This document shows positions 23,412 through 33,275 of a DNA stretch of 39,997 nucleotides, one piece after another (positions within the stretch are counted from its first letter, which is position 1; each line of letters starts with the position of its first letter). The position numbers were made by a program, and so were the translations under genes. The DNA is from a virus (lineage: Duplodnaviria; Caudoviricetes): the IMG/VR virus record IMGVR_UViG_3300037515_000242, positions 1 to 39,997 of that record; one strand, 5' to 3'. The notes beneath the pieces were generated by a model that did not search any database, was not told the DNA's origin, and saw only the letters and a program-made list of their open reading frames with translations.

Positions 23412-26400
23412 GAACCGGACTTGACGCTACCACTCTTGCGCTTTATACTGGCGGTGTCTACGACACACATTTTCGACTTCGTGTGGAAAATGGCTCAGGT
23501 ACTTTTGTATCACTAGAAGGTAAGTACGCATCCCTCAACGTCAACTTACCTAACCCGCGAGAACCAATCGGTTCTACAAGCTTTGATTGTATCCGTGACT
23601 CTACTGCTTTCGGTGGGGTGCAATCACTGTCACCTTTAGTTGAAGCAAGTGCGTTTAATAGGCTTGATGACGGTACTACGTACAATCCGTTGCTTCAGCT
23701 AGGCCGCCAAACTACTGTTGATGTTATTCTTACGACAGTGGGTGCAAGTCGTCCTAGTGATGGTGATTCACGTTGGTACGAAATCTTTAGAGGAATCATC
23801 GTAAAAGTTGACTGGCCTAATTACGATCACCACAAGGTGTCTGTGGAGGTTAATGGTCTTGCAGCAGTCCTGCAACACGCAAAGAGTGAAGACCTATACT
23901 CTTACTCACAAGGGACTTCACTGGAGACTGTTGTAAGCCAGATCCTGAGTAATAATGGATTTGGCAGTGTTCCAGTGTTCTTTCCTGCGGCCACGGGGAA
24001 AGTTCTTCCTAATACGTATGAACCTGGATTACAGAAGACAGTTTGGAACCAACTGACGGCTGTTGCACAGTCCATGGGCTGGGTAGTCTACTATCGCTAT
24101 CGTGGCACCAATCCAGCTGAAGTCACATTCTTTGCACCGGCTAGGACCAAGGTAGTTCCGGACCAGACAGTGTTCACGTCTGACTTTAGTAATCTGTCAC
24201 TTGATGAAGAAGAAGTTCGTAACGTTGGTTATCTAGTCTATGTTGACGCCGACGGTGTTGAGCAGCTTATTGGTCCGGAAGAAGACGCGAGTAGCCTCAC
24301 TAAGTATGGTGGGTCCCTCGCAATTCGTAGGCCGTTCTGGATCAAGTTAGATATTAACTCTCCAGTTCGTGACGGCACCTCAGCCCTTGAGATGCTGCAA
24401 GCGGCTCTTTCTGACGTCGCTGATCCTGACATTGTGGCTATCGCGAACACAATGCCGCTTGTGTTTGGAGAATCAGGTATCGATCTTTACGCGATCCCTT
24501 CCCGGGACCGTTTCTTTGACACCGCACAGACCTGGGCGTTGTTTAGCAACGTGGTAGGGGTTGCCAGCAATACGGAGCCACGCAGTTCCATTGGGATAAG
24601 GGGTGTCCCAACCGCCGGGGTGAAATCGTGGCGTAGGCTGGCTACACAGCTACCACCTAACCTAAAGATCACAACTTATTTCCAACCCACAGCACCGGCG
24701 TCACCAGAGATAGCCGATGAATGGGTCGATACAGACGACTTCAATAAGCGTTACCGATGGGATGGTGCAATATGGGTTCTTGTTGAAGTTCAGAGTATTG
24801 CCGCTGAAGATGGAGGTGTTGGTGGTTGGAATATTACTGCAAACGAATTAAGTTTCGGTGCAGTCCAGATTCAAGGTCCGGCAGAAAGAATCTTGATGGG
24901 TGGGGCCACTGAGCCATTAACGGGCGTTGGTGTCTTCTTAGGTCGTGATAGTGCGGACTACGAGTTCCGAGCCGGAGACCCTGCGGGTGATTATATCCAT
25001 TGGGATGGCGCGACGCTCGAGATCGTGGGCGACCTGACGGCGACGACCGGCACCATCGGTGGGTGGACTATCGGTTCCACGCAGCTTTTTGCCTCGAACA
25101 TCTCTCTGCAGTCCGCAGCCGAACGCATTCTGATCGGTGCCGCGACGGGCGCATTGACGGGAGTCGGCATCTTCATCGGCCGTGATGGCCCTGATTATGA
25201 GTTCCGCGCCGGTGATCCCGCTGGCCAGTACATCCACTGGGATGGGACGACGCTCCAGATCAGCGGTGAGATCATCGAGAGCGCGAACATCGTAGACAGT
25301 GCAGTCATCACCTCGAAGATCAATGACGCGGCGGTTGATACCGATAAGCTTGCGAATCTCGCGGTGACCTCTGGGAAGATCGTCGATGGTGCGGTCATCA
25401 CGGACAAGATTAATAATGCGGCGGTTGATACCGCGAAGATCGCAGATGATGCGGTGGTGTTTGATAAGATCGCGGCCAACTCGGTGGGTCTGAGACATCT
25501 GTTCGTCGGGAGTTTTGACAACTTGATTCAGAACCCCGGGCTCGAGATGGGCTCATTTGATCCGCACAACGTGCAGTCAACTGGCGGGGGTGCGTTTTTC
25601 GTCGTTACTGGTAATCCTACGCTCGCGCGCAGCGGCAGTAACCGCATCCAGTACACCGCGAGCACACAATCTAGCCAAGCGCGCATCGACTTCAACGGTC
25701 CGACGACCTTGATGACGGTGCATCCGACGGCGTCCGAAGGTGATCAGTTCTACGCTGAGGGTTGGGTGCGCGCCGCCGGTGCATTTGCTTGCAACCAAGT
25801 GCAGTTGCGAATCTCTTTTCGCGACGAGGCGGGAGTTCAACAGAGTCTCGTCCAGGGTACGTTGGTCACACCGACCATTACGTATCAACGCTTTACGGTG
25901 ACGGGCACAGCACCTGCTAAAACCGCGCATGTTTGCGTAATCGCAGTAGTCGCCAACGACGGGAACAACAGCAACAACATCTACTTCGACGACTTCTACG
26001 CACGGCGCATGGTCGAGGGCAGCATCGTCGTCGATGGTACGATCACCACTCAGCATCTCGAAGCCCTGTCCATTGATGCTGGCCTGATCCAAGCTAACGC
26101 GATCGAAGCGCAGCACATTGAGTCACAGGCGATCTCGGCACGTCATCTATTCGTCGGTAATTTCGACAACCTCGTCAGGAACCCCGGCTTCGAGCAGGAT
26201 GGAGGCACTGGTGGTCTGGGTGCTGAGTGGAGTCAAGTCAACGCCGCAGGTGGGGTCTTCACCCGCAGCACCTCGATCTCCCGCAGTGGCGCCGCATCCC
26301 TACAGTATGACGCCACTTCTCAGACTGGCACGTCAGCGCGCGTGGGCAACAACTTCAGCGCGTCAGCGCCTTGGGATGACTCTCTAGCAGTCATGGAGGG

Positions 26401-27568
26401 AGACCAGATCTATTTCGAGTCTTGGATACGCGCAGCCAGTGCAGGTACCTGGAATAATATGCGCGTCTCGCTTCTCTTCCGCCAGGAAGATGGGACGAAT
26501 ACCCTCACTCAAAACAGTGCCGCTTTCGCTCCCACCACTTCCTGGCAGCGCATCAGCGTAACCGCGACGGCACCTGCGCTTACCAGCAAAGTGCTCCTAC
26601 AATTACGCGTGGATGATGACGGCAACGGAGGCATCCTCTACTTTGATGACTGTTATGCACGGCGCATGGTGGAAGGGAGCATCGTCGTCGATGGGACGAT
26701 CACGGCTGATCACCTGACCGTCACCACGCTTGATGCGGTCGCAGCTGACATGGGCATCCTGACCGCCGGGCGCATCGAGGTCGGCGGCATCGAGATCAAT
26801 GCCGACACCGAACGCATACTCTTCGGTGCCGCGTCGGCGCCGCTGACTGGCGACGGCATCTTCATGGGATTGGACGGGTCGGACTATGAGTTCCGTGTGG
26901 GCGATCCGTCGGGTGACTACATTCACTGGGACGGCAGCACCCTCGAGATCAACGCTGAGAGTTTCACGGGTGTGAATCCTGTTTTCACCGGAAGCTTGGA
27001 GGTGTGGGCTGGTGGTGGCGTTCCTGCGCATGTGCTGGAGATTACTTCTCACTTAATTCTGTATCCGTTCGGTCTGAATGGCCAGGCTAGCGGGCAGTGG
27101 GAAGTTGACGTTCCGGCTGCGCGCACACTTATGCCGTTCTCGGTCTCTTACACGGATCCGGATGTGCCAGGTACAAGTGGCAAGGTCACCGTGATGGAGA
27201 TAAGCACGGACATTAGCGGGTCGGGGCTGCTCTCCGTGTTTGAAGACCTCGACATGGGCGGGAACGACATCCTGAATGCTGGGAGCGTACCTGGACTCCT
27301 GGAAGGCACGGTAGTCTGGAACCCCGGTTCTGTTAACATCAACGCCACGGTCACCACTACCGCTACCGTCACGGGTGCTGTTGTGGGAGATCGTGTACTC
27401 TTGACGATCCCGTCATCCCTAGTTAACTCAGGACTGTGGCGCCACTTTATCTTGTACGGGTACGTGTCTGCTGCAGATACGGTCACGCTGGTGGCCACCA
27501 ACTCTCACAGCATCAGTAGTGTCGATCCCTCTTCTGTTACCGTGCACGTGCTGGTCATTCCAGTTTAG
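23408..27568 (+). CDS. fused tail hub / central fibre / receptor-binding protein with two carbohydrate-binding-module-like domains
   Basis: 1386 aa directly after the TMP; TYFQPTAP...WVDTDD.NKRYRWDG fibre motif; AVDTDKL/AVTSGKI repeats; two NL..NPG.E...YFDD modules (CBM4/9-like). Confidence 0.8.
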   Translation: MRTGLDATTLALYTGGVYDTHFRLRVENGSGTFVSLEGKYASLNVNLPNPREPIGSTSFDCIRDSTAFGGVQSLSPLVEASAFNRLDDGTTYNPLLQLGRQTTVDVILTTVGASRPSDGDSRWYEIFRGIIVKVDWPNYDHHKVSVEVNGLAAVLQHAKSEDLYSYSQGTSLETVVSQILSNNGFGSVPVFFPAATGKVLPNTYEPGLQKTVWNQLTAVAQSMGWVVYYRYRGTNPAEVTFFAPARTKVVPDQTVFTSDFSNLSLDEEEVRNVGYLVYVDADGVEQLIGPEEDASSLTKYGGSLAIRRPFWIKLDINSPVRDGTSALEMLQAALSDVADPDIVAIANTMPLVFGESGIDLYAIPSRDRFFDTAQTWALFSNVVGVASNTEPRSSIGIRGVPTAGVKSWRRLATQLPPNLKITTYFQPTAPASPEIADEWVDTDDFNKRYRWDGAIWVLVEVQSIAAEDGGVGGWNITANELSFGAVQIQGPAERILMGGATEPLTGVGVFLGRDSADYEFRAGDPAGDYIHWDGATLEIVGDLTATTGTIGGWTIGSTQLFASNISLQSAAERILIGAATGALTGVGIFIGRDGPDYEFRAGDPAGQYIHWDGTTLQISGEIIESANIVDSAVITSKINDAAVDTDKLANLAVTSGKIVDGAVITDKINNAAVDTAKIADDAVVFDKIAANSVGLRHLFVGSFDNLIQNPGLEMGSFDPHNVQSTGGGAFFVVTGNPTLARSGSNRIQYTASTQSSQARIDFNGPTTLMTVHPTASEGDQFYAEGWVRAAGAFACNQVQLRISFRDEAGVQQSLVQGTLVTPTITYQRFTVTGTAPAKTAHVCVIAVVANDGNNSNNIYFDDFYARRMVEGSIVVDGTITTQHLEALSIDAGLIQANAIEAQHIESQAISARHLFVGNFDNLVRNPGFEQDGGTGGLGAEWSQVNAAGGVFTRSTSISRSGAASLQYDATSQTGTSARVGNNFSASAPWDDSLAVMEGDQIYFESWIRAASAGTWNNMRVSLLFRQEDGTNTLTQNSAAFAPTTSWQRISVTATAPALTSKVLLQLRVDDDGNGGILYFDDCYARRMVEGSIVVDGTITADHLTVTTLDAVAADMGILTAGRIEVGGIEINADTERILFGAASAPLTGDGIFMGLDGSDYEFRVGDPSGDYIHWDGSTLEINAESFTGVNPVFTGSLEVWAGGGVPAHVLEITSHLILYPFGLNGQASGQWEVDVPAARTLMPFSVSYTDPDVPGTSGKVTVMEISTDISGSGLLSVFEDLDMGGNDILNAGSVPGLLEGTVVWNPGSVNINATVTTTATVTGAVVGDRVLLTIPSSLVNSGLWRHFILYGYVSAADTVTLVATNSHSISSVDPSSVTVHVLVIPV

Positions 27569-27610
27569 GAGTAGTGTGGTTTGGACGCGAGACAAGTAAG
27601 GTCGAAATTG

Positions 27611-27626
27611 TGTAATTTTTATCACA
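27611..27626. promoter_or_regulatory. CRP/FNR-family-like binding site
   Basis: TGTAA-N6-TCACA, one mismatch from TGTGA-N6-TCACA, in an AT-rich gap. Confidence 0.35.
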
Positions 27627-27658
27627 CGTTTTCCACCCTTGAATGGAGTAATATTCAA

Positions 27659-27883
27659 ATGGGAAAGACCTTACTTGCAATAGTGGCGCTATCCTGTAGT
27701 AGCTGCGGTCTGCTCGAACCGGAGGAGTTCTGGTGCGCGAAGACCGCGTACTGGTCTCTGACCGACTCGGTGGTCGCGGTCGACAGCGTCGGTACCTGGC
27801 GTGCGGCTGAAGCGGAGCCGGACAGCACCGTGATTGAGTGGTCGGTCGACGGTGAGTGTCTACACAATGAGGAGGGAACGTGA
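27659..27883 (+). CDS. small lipoprotein
   Basis: GGAG RBS then ATG 27659; MGKTLLAIVALSCSSC signal peptide II-like; two further Cys. Confidence 0.65.
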   Translation: MGKTLLAIVALSCSSCGLLEPEEFWCAKTAYWSLTDSVVAVDSVGTWRAAEAEPDSTVIEWSVDGECLHNEEGT

Positions 27884-28218
27884 AGAAGCTGCGCGTGACG
27901 AAGGTGGAGTACGATGAGTTTCTGTATCCTGCGGTCGCCGCCTGCCGCGACGAGGATCTTGCGCAATTGCGCCTTACTAACAAGGTGCTTGACCTGCTGG
28001 AAGCACGCGGGGTATCACCAGAGATGGAAAATGGCGTTCCAAAGAACGGAGGCCAGCCTTGGTACAAGCTGAACTCACCGGCTGTTGAGATCGAGCTTGA
28101 AGATGTGCAGGCGGCTCACGTGGTGAGTCGACTCAAGCAGGTGATTCCCACACTACAAGCGTGGCGGGCGCGGCAGATCCTCCCGCTGATCGACCAGCTC
28201 ACGAAAGAAGACATATAA
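27880..28218 (+). CDS. hypothetical protein, possibly a fibre assembly chaperone
   Basis: GGAGGG RBS, GTGA overlap; located after the fibre gene. Confidence 0.6.
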   Translation: MKKLRVTKVEYDEFLYPAVAACRDEDLAQLRLTNKVLDLLEARGVSPEMENGVPKNGGQPWYKLNSPAVEIELEDVQAAHVVSRLKQVIPTLQAWRARQILPLIDQLTKEDI

Positions 28219-28224
28219 GGTTAC

Positions 28225-28254
28225 TTGCGGTCTCCGTAACGCAACCATTATACT
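28225..28254 (+). promoter_or_regulatory. promoter upstream of the lysis/accessory block
   Basis: TTGCGG-N18-TATACT. Confidence 0.5.
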
Positions 28255-28385
28255 CAGTGGTATGATTATGTGAAGTTTTTTCATGCCTATGGTGAAGATT
28301 ATGTTTTATACCAATTTGACGTGATTGGTTTTAATGTAGTGCTGATCATGCACATCCACGAAGACCTCATCGCCTGGAGGCTCTC

Positions 28386-28808
28386 GTGAAGGAACGACGG
28401 CAGTGGAGCTTTACAAAGAACCTGGTCCCGGGCGCTAAGACGCTCGCCGTGCTCGTCGGTCTTAGCTCGACGTTTACAGCTGCCGGGATGACGTACCAGG
28501 CCAGGTTCGGTCCGCTCGAGTCGCTTCCGGACTCCGTGGGGGTGCAGAATCAGCAGATCTCAGCACTCGGCATGCGCGTCGTGACCGTTGAGGACTCCGT
28601 GGGGGCCGTCGCTGCCGAGGTGCGTGCGGTCGAGTCGGCGGTGGGGGGTAACACCGTCTCGATCGTCGCCGCGGTCGAGCGGATCGACGCCATTGAGACG
28701 TCGATCGTGCAGGTGTTCAACGAGCTGCAGCGCATCCGGTGCCTGTCGCGCCTGTCTGCATCGTCCGAGCGGTTGCTTCCCTGGCAGGTGGACGACCGGT
28801 GCCCGTGA
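28386..28808 (+). CDS. membrane-anchored coiled-coil protein in the lysis module
   Basis: GGAGG RBS; N-terminal hydrophobic segment, heptad region, two C-terminal Cys. Confidence 0.65.
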   Translation: MKERRQWSFTKNLVPGAKTLAVLVGLSSTFTAAGMTYQARFGPLESLPDSVGVQNQQISALGMRVVTVEDSVGAVAAEVRAVESAVGGNTVSIVAAVERIDAIETSIVQVFNELQRIRCLSRLSASSERLLPWQVDDRCP

Positions 28809-28827
28809 CCAAGAGGGGGGAGATTAC

Positions 28828-29091
28828 GTGACGCCAGCAATTAAGCCGGTCCAGGTCGAGGTCCGTGAGCACGACGAGGATGTCCACCCGCAAGCAATGG
28901 AGCGTGAGACAGAGGCCAGGATAAAGCAGCTCCGAGCACAGCAGCGTCTCATCGGATCGTATGCACTCGGCGCGCTCGGGCTCTGGAAACTCGCGACGGT
29001 CGATGACGTGTGGGTGTGGCTCGGTGTCGTACTCATCGCGTTCGGACTCGCGAACGTCGACCAGGTCCTGAAGGCGATGGGGCGCGGCTGA
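28828..29091 (+). CDS. putative holin
   Basis: GTG 28828 after GGGAG, in frame with track ORF 28588..29091; two TM segments; directly before the endolysin. Confidence 0.55.
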   Translation: MTPAIKPVQVEVREHDEDVHPQAMERETEARIKQLRAQQRLIGSYALGALGLWKLATVDDVWVWLGVVLIAFGLANVDQVLKAMGRG

Positions 29092-29624
29092 TGCGTGGCC
29101 TAGAACTAGTGGCCTTGGGCTGCATGCTCCGCGATGCCCACCTCGGCATGGGTGAGGAGGGTGGCAACAATCGCGGTGCATTCGTCCGGGACCTCCTGAA
29201 CAACTTGGATCCGCCGCTTGCCGAGGGGGTACCATGGTGCGCGGCCGAGATCCAGAGCGTGTTCGACGTGAGCGCAAAACAGATGGGCGTCCCCAACCCG
29301 CTCGATGCCATACGCCGCGAGGCGTACGTGCAGGACTACTTCACGTTTCTGCAGGGCGACCAGGTCGACCCCTCGGCGGCACTTCGAGGGTTCCTCGTCC
29401 TATTCTCCTTCGGCGGGGAGAGGTGGGACCACATCGGTATGGTCGTCAGGCCCCCAGTGGTCGGTTCCCCACTCTTCACCGCATGTGAGGGCAACACCGG
29501 AGCGGGTGTCGGGGCGACGACCGAGGAAGAGGAGCGCGACGGTGATGGTGTGTTCGTGAAGATGCGGCGGCTCGATCAGGGCTACCGCGTGACGTTCATC
29601 GACCCAATCGGAGTGGCGGAATGA
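29091..29624 (+). CDS. CHAP-family endolysin
   Basis: TGATG overlap; EEGGNNRG, PWCAA (catalytic Cys), DHIGMV (His), EGNT. Confidence 0.85.
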   Translation: MRGLELVALGCMLRDAHLGMGEEGGNNRGAFVRDLLNNLDPPLAEGVPWCAAEIQSVFDVSAKQMGVPNPLDAIRREAYVQDYFTFLQGDQVDPSAALRGFLVLFSFGGERWDHIGMVVRPPVVGSPLFTACEGNTGAGVGATTEEEERDGDGVFVKMRRLDQGYRVTFIDPIGVAE

Positions 29625-30715
29625 GCCTCGCCGAGATCCGCGCGGATGCGGTCAAGCTCGGGGACCTCCTGCTCGACGCCATGGTCGTGCAGCAACGCCA
29701 GGTCATGCGCATCGACGCCCTCATCGCCAGGACGCGCGGGATCTGGATCAGCCCTGACGAGCTCGCCAGGCTCCCGACGAGAGGGCCGGCGTGGGAGGCG
29801 CTCCGGGGCTACGCGGACTGGCCTCACCCGCCCCCGGCGCTCGCCGAGAACAATAGCCCCGCGAACACGGCCACGCTCGCTCGGGCGCTTGTCTACGCGC
29901 GTACTGGCGCTACCGCGTACCGCGACATGGTGATGGACGCCCTACGCGCGATCGTAGACGCGGGTACCTACAGCGGCGACGCGCTCGCGCTCGGCCGGAA
30001 CCTCGCCGCCTACGTGATCTCCGCCGACCTGGTCGGACTCCCTCGGGATATGAGCTTGTTCCGCCTGCAATGGCGCGCGAAGCTCCGGGAGCTGCGTTCC
30101 ACCCCGACGACGGGCGCCGCGGCGAACCTCGTCGACTCCCACGAGCGTCGGCCCAACAACTGGGGCACGATGGCGGGCGCGAGCCGCATCGCGATCGCGC
30201 TCTACCTCGATGACCGGGTAGACCTCGACCGAGCGGCGACCGTCTTCCGTGGCTACCTCGGCGAGCGGGGCGCCTACTCGGGGTTCGTCTTCGGCGGCCC
30301 GTTCCAGTCGCGTGACCACTCGTGGGAGGCCGACGAGTCCGCGCCGGTCGGGATCAACCCGCGAGGTGCGACGAAAGCCGGGCTCAGCATCGACGGCGTG
30401 CTTCCCGACGACCAGCGCAGGGGTGGCCCGATCACCGGCGGCATTACCCGCGAGAACTACGTGTGGGAGGCTCTCCAGGGCGCCGTCGTACAGGGCACCC
30501 TCCTGCACCGGGCGGGGTACCCTGCGTGGTCCTGGGGCGACCAGGCGCTCCTCAGGGCGCTCACGTGGCTGCACGACGTGGCCGACTTCCCGGCGGTCGG
30601 CGACGACCGCTGGATCCCGTGGCTCGCGAATCACTACCTGGGTACGACGTTCCCCGCCGAGGCGCCAACGTCACCCGGCAAGGTGATGGCCTTCACTTGC
30701 TGGACTCACTCATGA
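29621..30715 (+). CDS. alginate lyase-like (alpha/alpha toroid) protein
   Basis: LARALVY..TG...[44 protein letters not shown] motifs. Confidence 0.75.
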   Translation: MSLAEIRADAVKLGDLLLDAMVVQQRQVMRIDALIARTRGIWISPDELARLPTRGPAWEALRGYADWPHPPPALAENNSPANTATLARALVYARTGATAYRDMVMDALRAIVDAGTYSGDALALGRNLAAYVISADLVGLPRDMSLFRLQWRAKLRELRSTPTTGAAANLVDSHERRPNNWGTMAGASRIAIALYLDDRVDLDRAATVFRGYLGERGAYSGFVFGGPFQSRDHSWEADESAPVGINPRGATKAGLSIDGVLPDDQRRGGPITGGITRENYVWEALQGAVVQGTLLHRAGYPAWSWGDQALLRALTWLHDVADFPAVGDDRWIPWLANHYLGTTFPAEAPTSPGKVMAFTCWTHS

Positions 30716-30725
30716 GGACGACACG

Positions 30726-31904
30726 ATGAGACGACACATGCTGTGGGCGCTCGCCCTGACGATGCTGGCGGCCGCGCCGATCGAGGCGCAGGACCGCATG
30801 TCCGACCGACAGCTCCGGCAGCGACTGACCTACGCGATCGCGCGGGCGGAGAACCAGATCGACGAGGGCCGGGAGGGCTTGGGTCACCTGGTGCTGATGT
30901 TCGACGAGGTCCACGCGCGGATCGTCGCGGACTCGCTGGCCGGGGTGGGCGACCCTGAGCCCGACCCCGAGCCGGACCCGGAACCTGACCCCCATCCTGA
31001 TCCAGAGCCGGACCCGGATCCAGAGCCAGACCCCCATCCTGATCCAGAGCCGGACCCGGACCCCGAGCCGGATCCTGAGCCCGAGCCTGATCCCGGACCG
31101 GAGCCGACGGGTGACCTGGTGTTCGACGGCTTCGAGTCGGCGGATATGTCGATTGACTCGAATGGCTTTGGTTGGGCGCGCAACAACCGGACCTCGGTCG
31201 TCCGCGACGACGACTGCGCGGTCTGGAACAACGGCACCATTGAGACCTGTGTCGATGATGCCCGGGAGTGGGAGAGCAGGCCAGGCTCGGGCGGAAGCCA
31301 CGCCCTGCGCTTCCGGTATGCCGCCGGCGAGCCGATGACCGAGCAGCGATACTCGATCGGGTCCGCGCACCGGGAGTTGTGGGCGAGCTGGTGGCTCAAG
31401 GTCCCTGTCAACTTCGAGCATCTCGACGGCCCGTCGAGCGACAACAACAAGCTGTTCATGTTCTGGATGGACGCCTACTCGACCAACGGCGACGGGTCGA
31501 CCGTCGGGATGGAGACCCGCCCGGACGGCAGCGGAGGTGCCAGGTGGTACGTCAAGGTGAGCCCCGGCCGCGGCAGCGTGCTCGGCGGCGACCAGGGATC
31601 CGTGCCGTTCATCTCCTATCCGTCGGATCAGGGACGGTGGATGAAGATCGTCGTGCGGCTCAGGGCCGAGACTTCGGCGGGTGCCGGGGACGGCTTGATG
31701 CAGGTATGGCGCAGATGGGAGGACCAGAGCTCCTTCACGCAGACGCACAACCGGACGGGTCAGCCGATCCGGGTCCCGAGCGGGGGTCCCAACGGATTTG
31801 CCGCCGGCTACCTCATGGGCTACGCCAACTCGGCGTACGGGCAGGACACCGAGTTTCTGATCGACGACTTCACCCTGTCCACCACCAGCCTGTTGAACCA
31901 ATAG
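30726..31904 (+). CDS. secreted protein: signal peptide, coiled coil, (DPEP)n linker, polysaccharide-lyase/ConA-like domain
   Basis: [21 protein letters not shown] signal; [43 protein letters not shown] motifs. Confidence 0.7.
   Translation: MRRHMLWALALTMLAAAPIEAQDRMSDRQLRQRLTYAIARAENQIDEGREGLGHLVLMFDEVHARIVADSLAGVGDPEPDPEPDPEPDPHPDPEPDPDPEPDPHPDPEPDPDPEPDPEPEPDPGPEPTGDLVFDGFESADMSIDSNGFGWARNNRTSVVRDDDCAVWNNGTIETCVDDAREWESRPGSGGSHALRFRYAAGEPMTEQRYSIGSAHRELWASWWLKVPVNFEHLDGPSSDNNKLFMFWMDAYSTNGDGSTVGMETRPDGSGGARWYVKVSPGRGSVLGGDQGSVPFISYPSDQGRWMKIVVRLRAETSAGAGDGLMQVWRRWEDQSSFTQTHNRTGQPIRVPSGGPNGFAAGYLMGYANSAYGQDTEFLIDDFTLSTTSLLNQ
30951..31106 (+). repeat. Pro/Asp/Glu dipeptide-repeat linker
   Basis: Encodes [16 protein letters not shown]... 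of about 52 aa. Confidence 0.95.
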
Positions 31905-31919
31905 AGGAGGAAGCAGTCG

Positions 31920-32216
31920 ATGATTGAGATGGGATTCTGGTGGGGCGTCGGGGTCGGGATGGCGGCAGAGTTCATAGGTCTCCTGATTCTTGGGCGAGTG
32001 CTGACCCGCAGGCATACTTCGTCCGTCACGATTCATGAGAATGGCCAGACCCGTGTGGTCAAGGCACCTCCCAAGGCGCGCCAGCCGCGAGTCAAGAATG
32101 GCGTGCGCGTCAGCCCCAATGATGTTGTCGGGGCCGGTGAGAACGTACAAGCCGTGATCCGGCGGGAAGTGCGTAGTGAGGAGGGTCATGCTGTCATTCG
32201 GAGGGAAGTACGATGA
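31920..32216 (+). CDS. small membrane-anchored protein
   Basis: GAGGAGG RBS; N-terminal TM; AVIRREVR duplicated at the C-terminus. Confidence 0.65.
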   Translation: MIEMGFWWGVGVGMAAEFIGLLILGRVLTRRHTSSVTIHENGQTRVVKAPPKARQPRVKNGVRVSPNDVVGAGENVQAVIRREVRSEEGHAVIRREVR

Positions 32217-32668
32217 CGAACGCGCTCACTAGGCGAGGGTTCTTCCGTAGGGCGACAGGGGCCAGTGCCTCACTCATGCTTCTCCCGGTCGAGGATCTCC
32301 TTCGCTGGCATGACAAGCATTTCGCCGTGGATGCCGAGGTCGGTGTGGGTCCCCGCTGGCCGATCACCTTTGAGTTGTTGGATCCGGATGGTGAGGTCAT
32401 TGATCGTAGAGTACACGCGTGGTCCGATGGCGTGGCGGACGGCCTGACGCGTCGCGCGTTCGTCTTCGCACTGCATGCGCATGAGACAGTGGAGGTCGCG
32501 GCCATGCGGTATGAGCTGATCGACAACGGCTTCTGGCAACACACCATGGGTGTGAGAACGATCCCGTTCCGTGCCATGATGACCCTGGTGGCAGGTGACA
32601 TCATCGAAGTCTCGACGTTCGTTGGTGCCGAGAAAGATTGGCGCTACATAACAGAAGGTAGCGGATGA
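32213..32668 (+). CDS. hypothetical protein with twin-arginine-like N-terminus
   Basis: MTNALTRRGFFRR; ATGA coupling. Confidence 0.6.
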   Translation: MTNALTRRGFFRRATGASASLMLLPVEDLLRWHDKHFAVDAEVGVGPRWPITFELLDPDGEVIDRRVHAWSDGVADGLTRRAFVFALHAHETVEVAAMRYELIDNGFWQHTMGVRTIPFRAMMTLVAGDIIEVSTFVGAEKDWRYITEGSG

Positions 32669-33243
32669 TCGTCCACCACGAGGCCCGCGTCATCTATTTG
32701 AGCCACCCACGCACCGCGTCGGTGGCGACAGAGAAGGCGCTACGCTCGGTCGGTTTCGTATGGGCCGGCAAGGTCAGCCGCCACGCGAGGCTCATTGATT
32801 CGGATTGGTGGCGTGCACTCCCGGCAGACGAGCGGGCGACGTACGAGATCCTGACGACGGTGAGGAATCCCTACGACGCGCTTGCTTCATGGTGGCACCA
32901 CCGCGACCTGGGTCACCCGAGACTGTCCGTCGATTGGGTGCACGCTTTCCTGGCACACGATCCGAAATACGTCATGGACGGGCGGTTGTGGGCGCTGCAC
33001 GGTGACGACGCGACGACGGTGCTTCGCTTCGAGTCGATTGCCGATGACCTCGGGCACGCGTTGTGGGGGGCGGGCCTCGAGATGCCCGACTTCCCGCCAC
33101 TCAACCGCACGTCACGCCGGATGCGTCGACCCTACCGAGACTTCTACGATGACGAGACGCGCGAGTACGTGGCTTTTCGCCTCGCCGAGGACCTGTTACA
33201 GTACGACTACGAGTGGGAGGGTAGCGCCGCCCTGACGGCGTGA
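32665..33243 (+). CDS. sulfotransferase (Sulfotransfer_2-like)
   Basis: IYLSHPRTASVA (5'-PSB), TVRNPYD..AS (3'-PB), VLRFESI..D, YRDFYD, D...Y.Y terminal motif. Confidence 0.85.
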   Translation: MIVHHEARVIYLSHPRTASVATEKALRSVGFVWAGKVSRHARLIDSDWWRALPADERATYEILTTVRNPYDALASWWHHRDLGHPRLSVDWVHAFLAHDPKYVMDGRLWALHGDDATTVLRFESIADDLGHALWGAGLEMPDFPPLNRTSRRMRRPYRDFYDDETREYVAFRLAEDLLQYDYEWEGSAALTA

Positions 33244-33275
33244 GCAGTTCATACATCACTACGGAGGGCAGTATC

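Noticed and set aside
28255-28385. Coding ORF or second CRP site in the AT-rich gap
   Set aside because: Only ORFs of a few codons without an RBS; the TGTGA half-site lacks a correctly spaced partner
30693-32189. 498-aa minus-strand ORF
   Set aside because: Antisense shadow of GC-rich + strand genes that have RBSs and recognisable motifs; Arg/Pro-rich and uninformative
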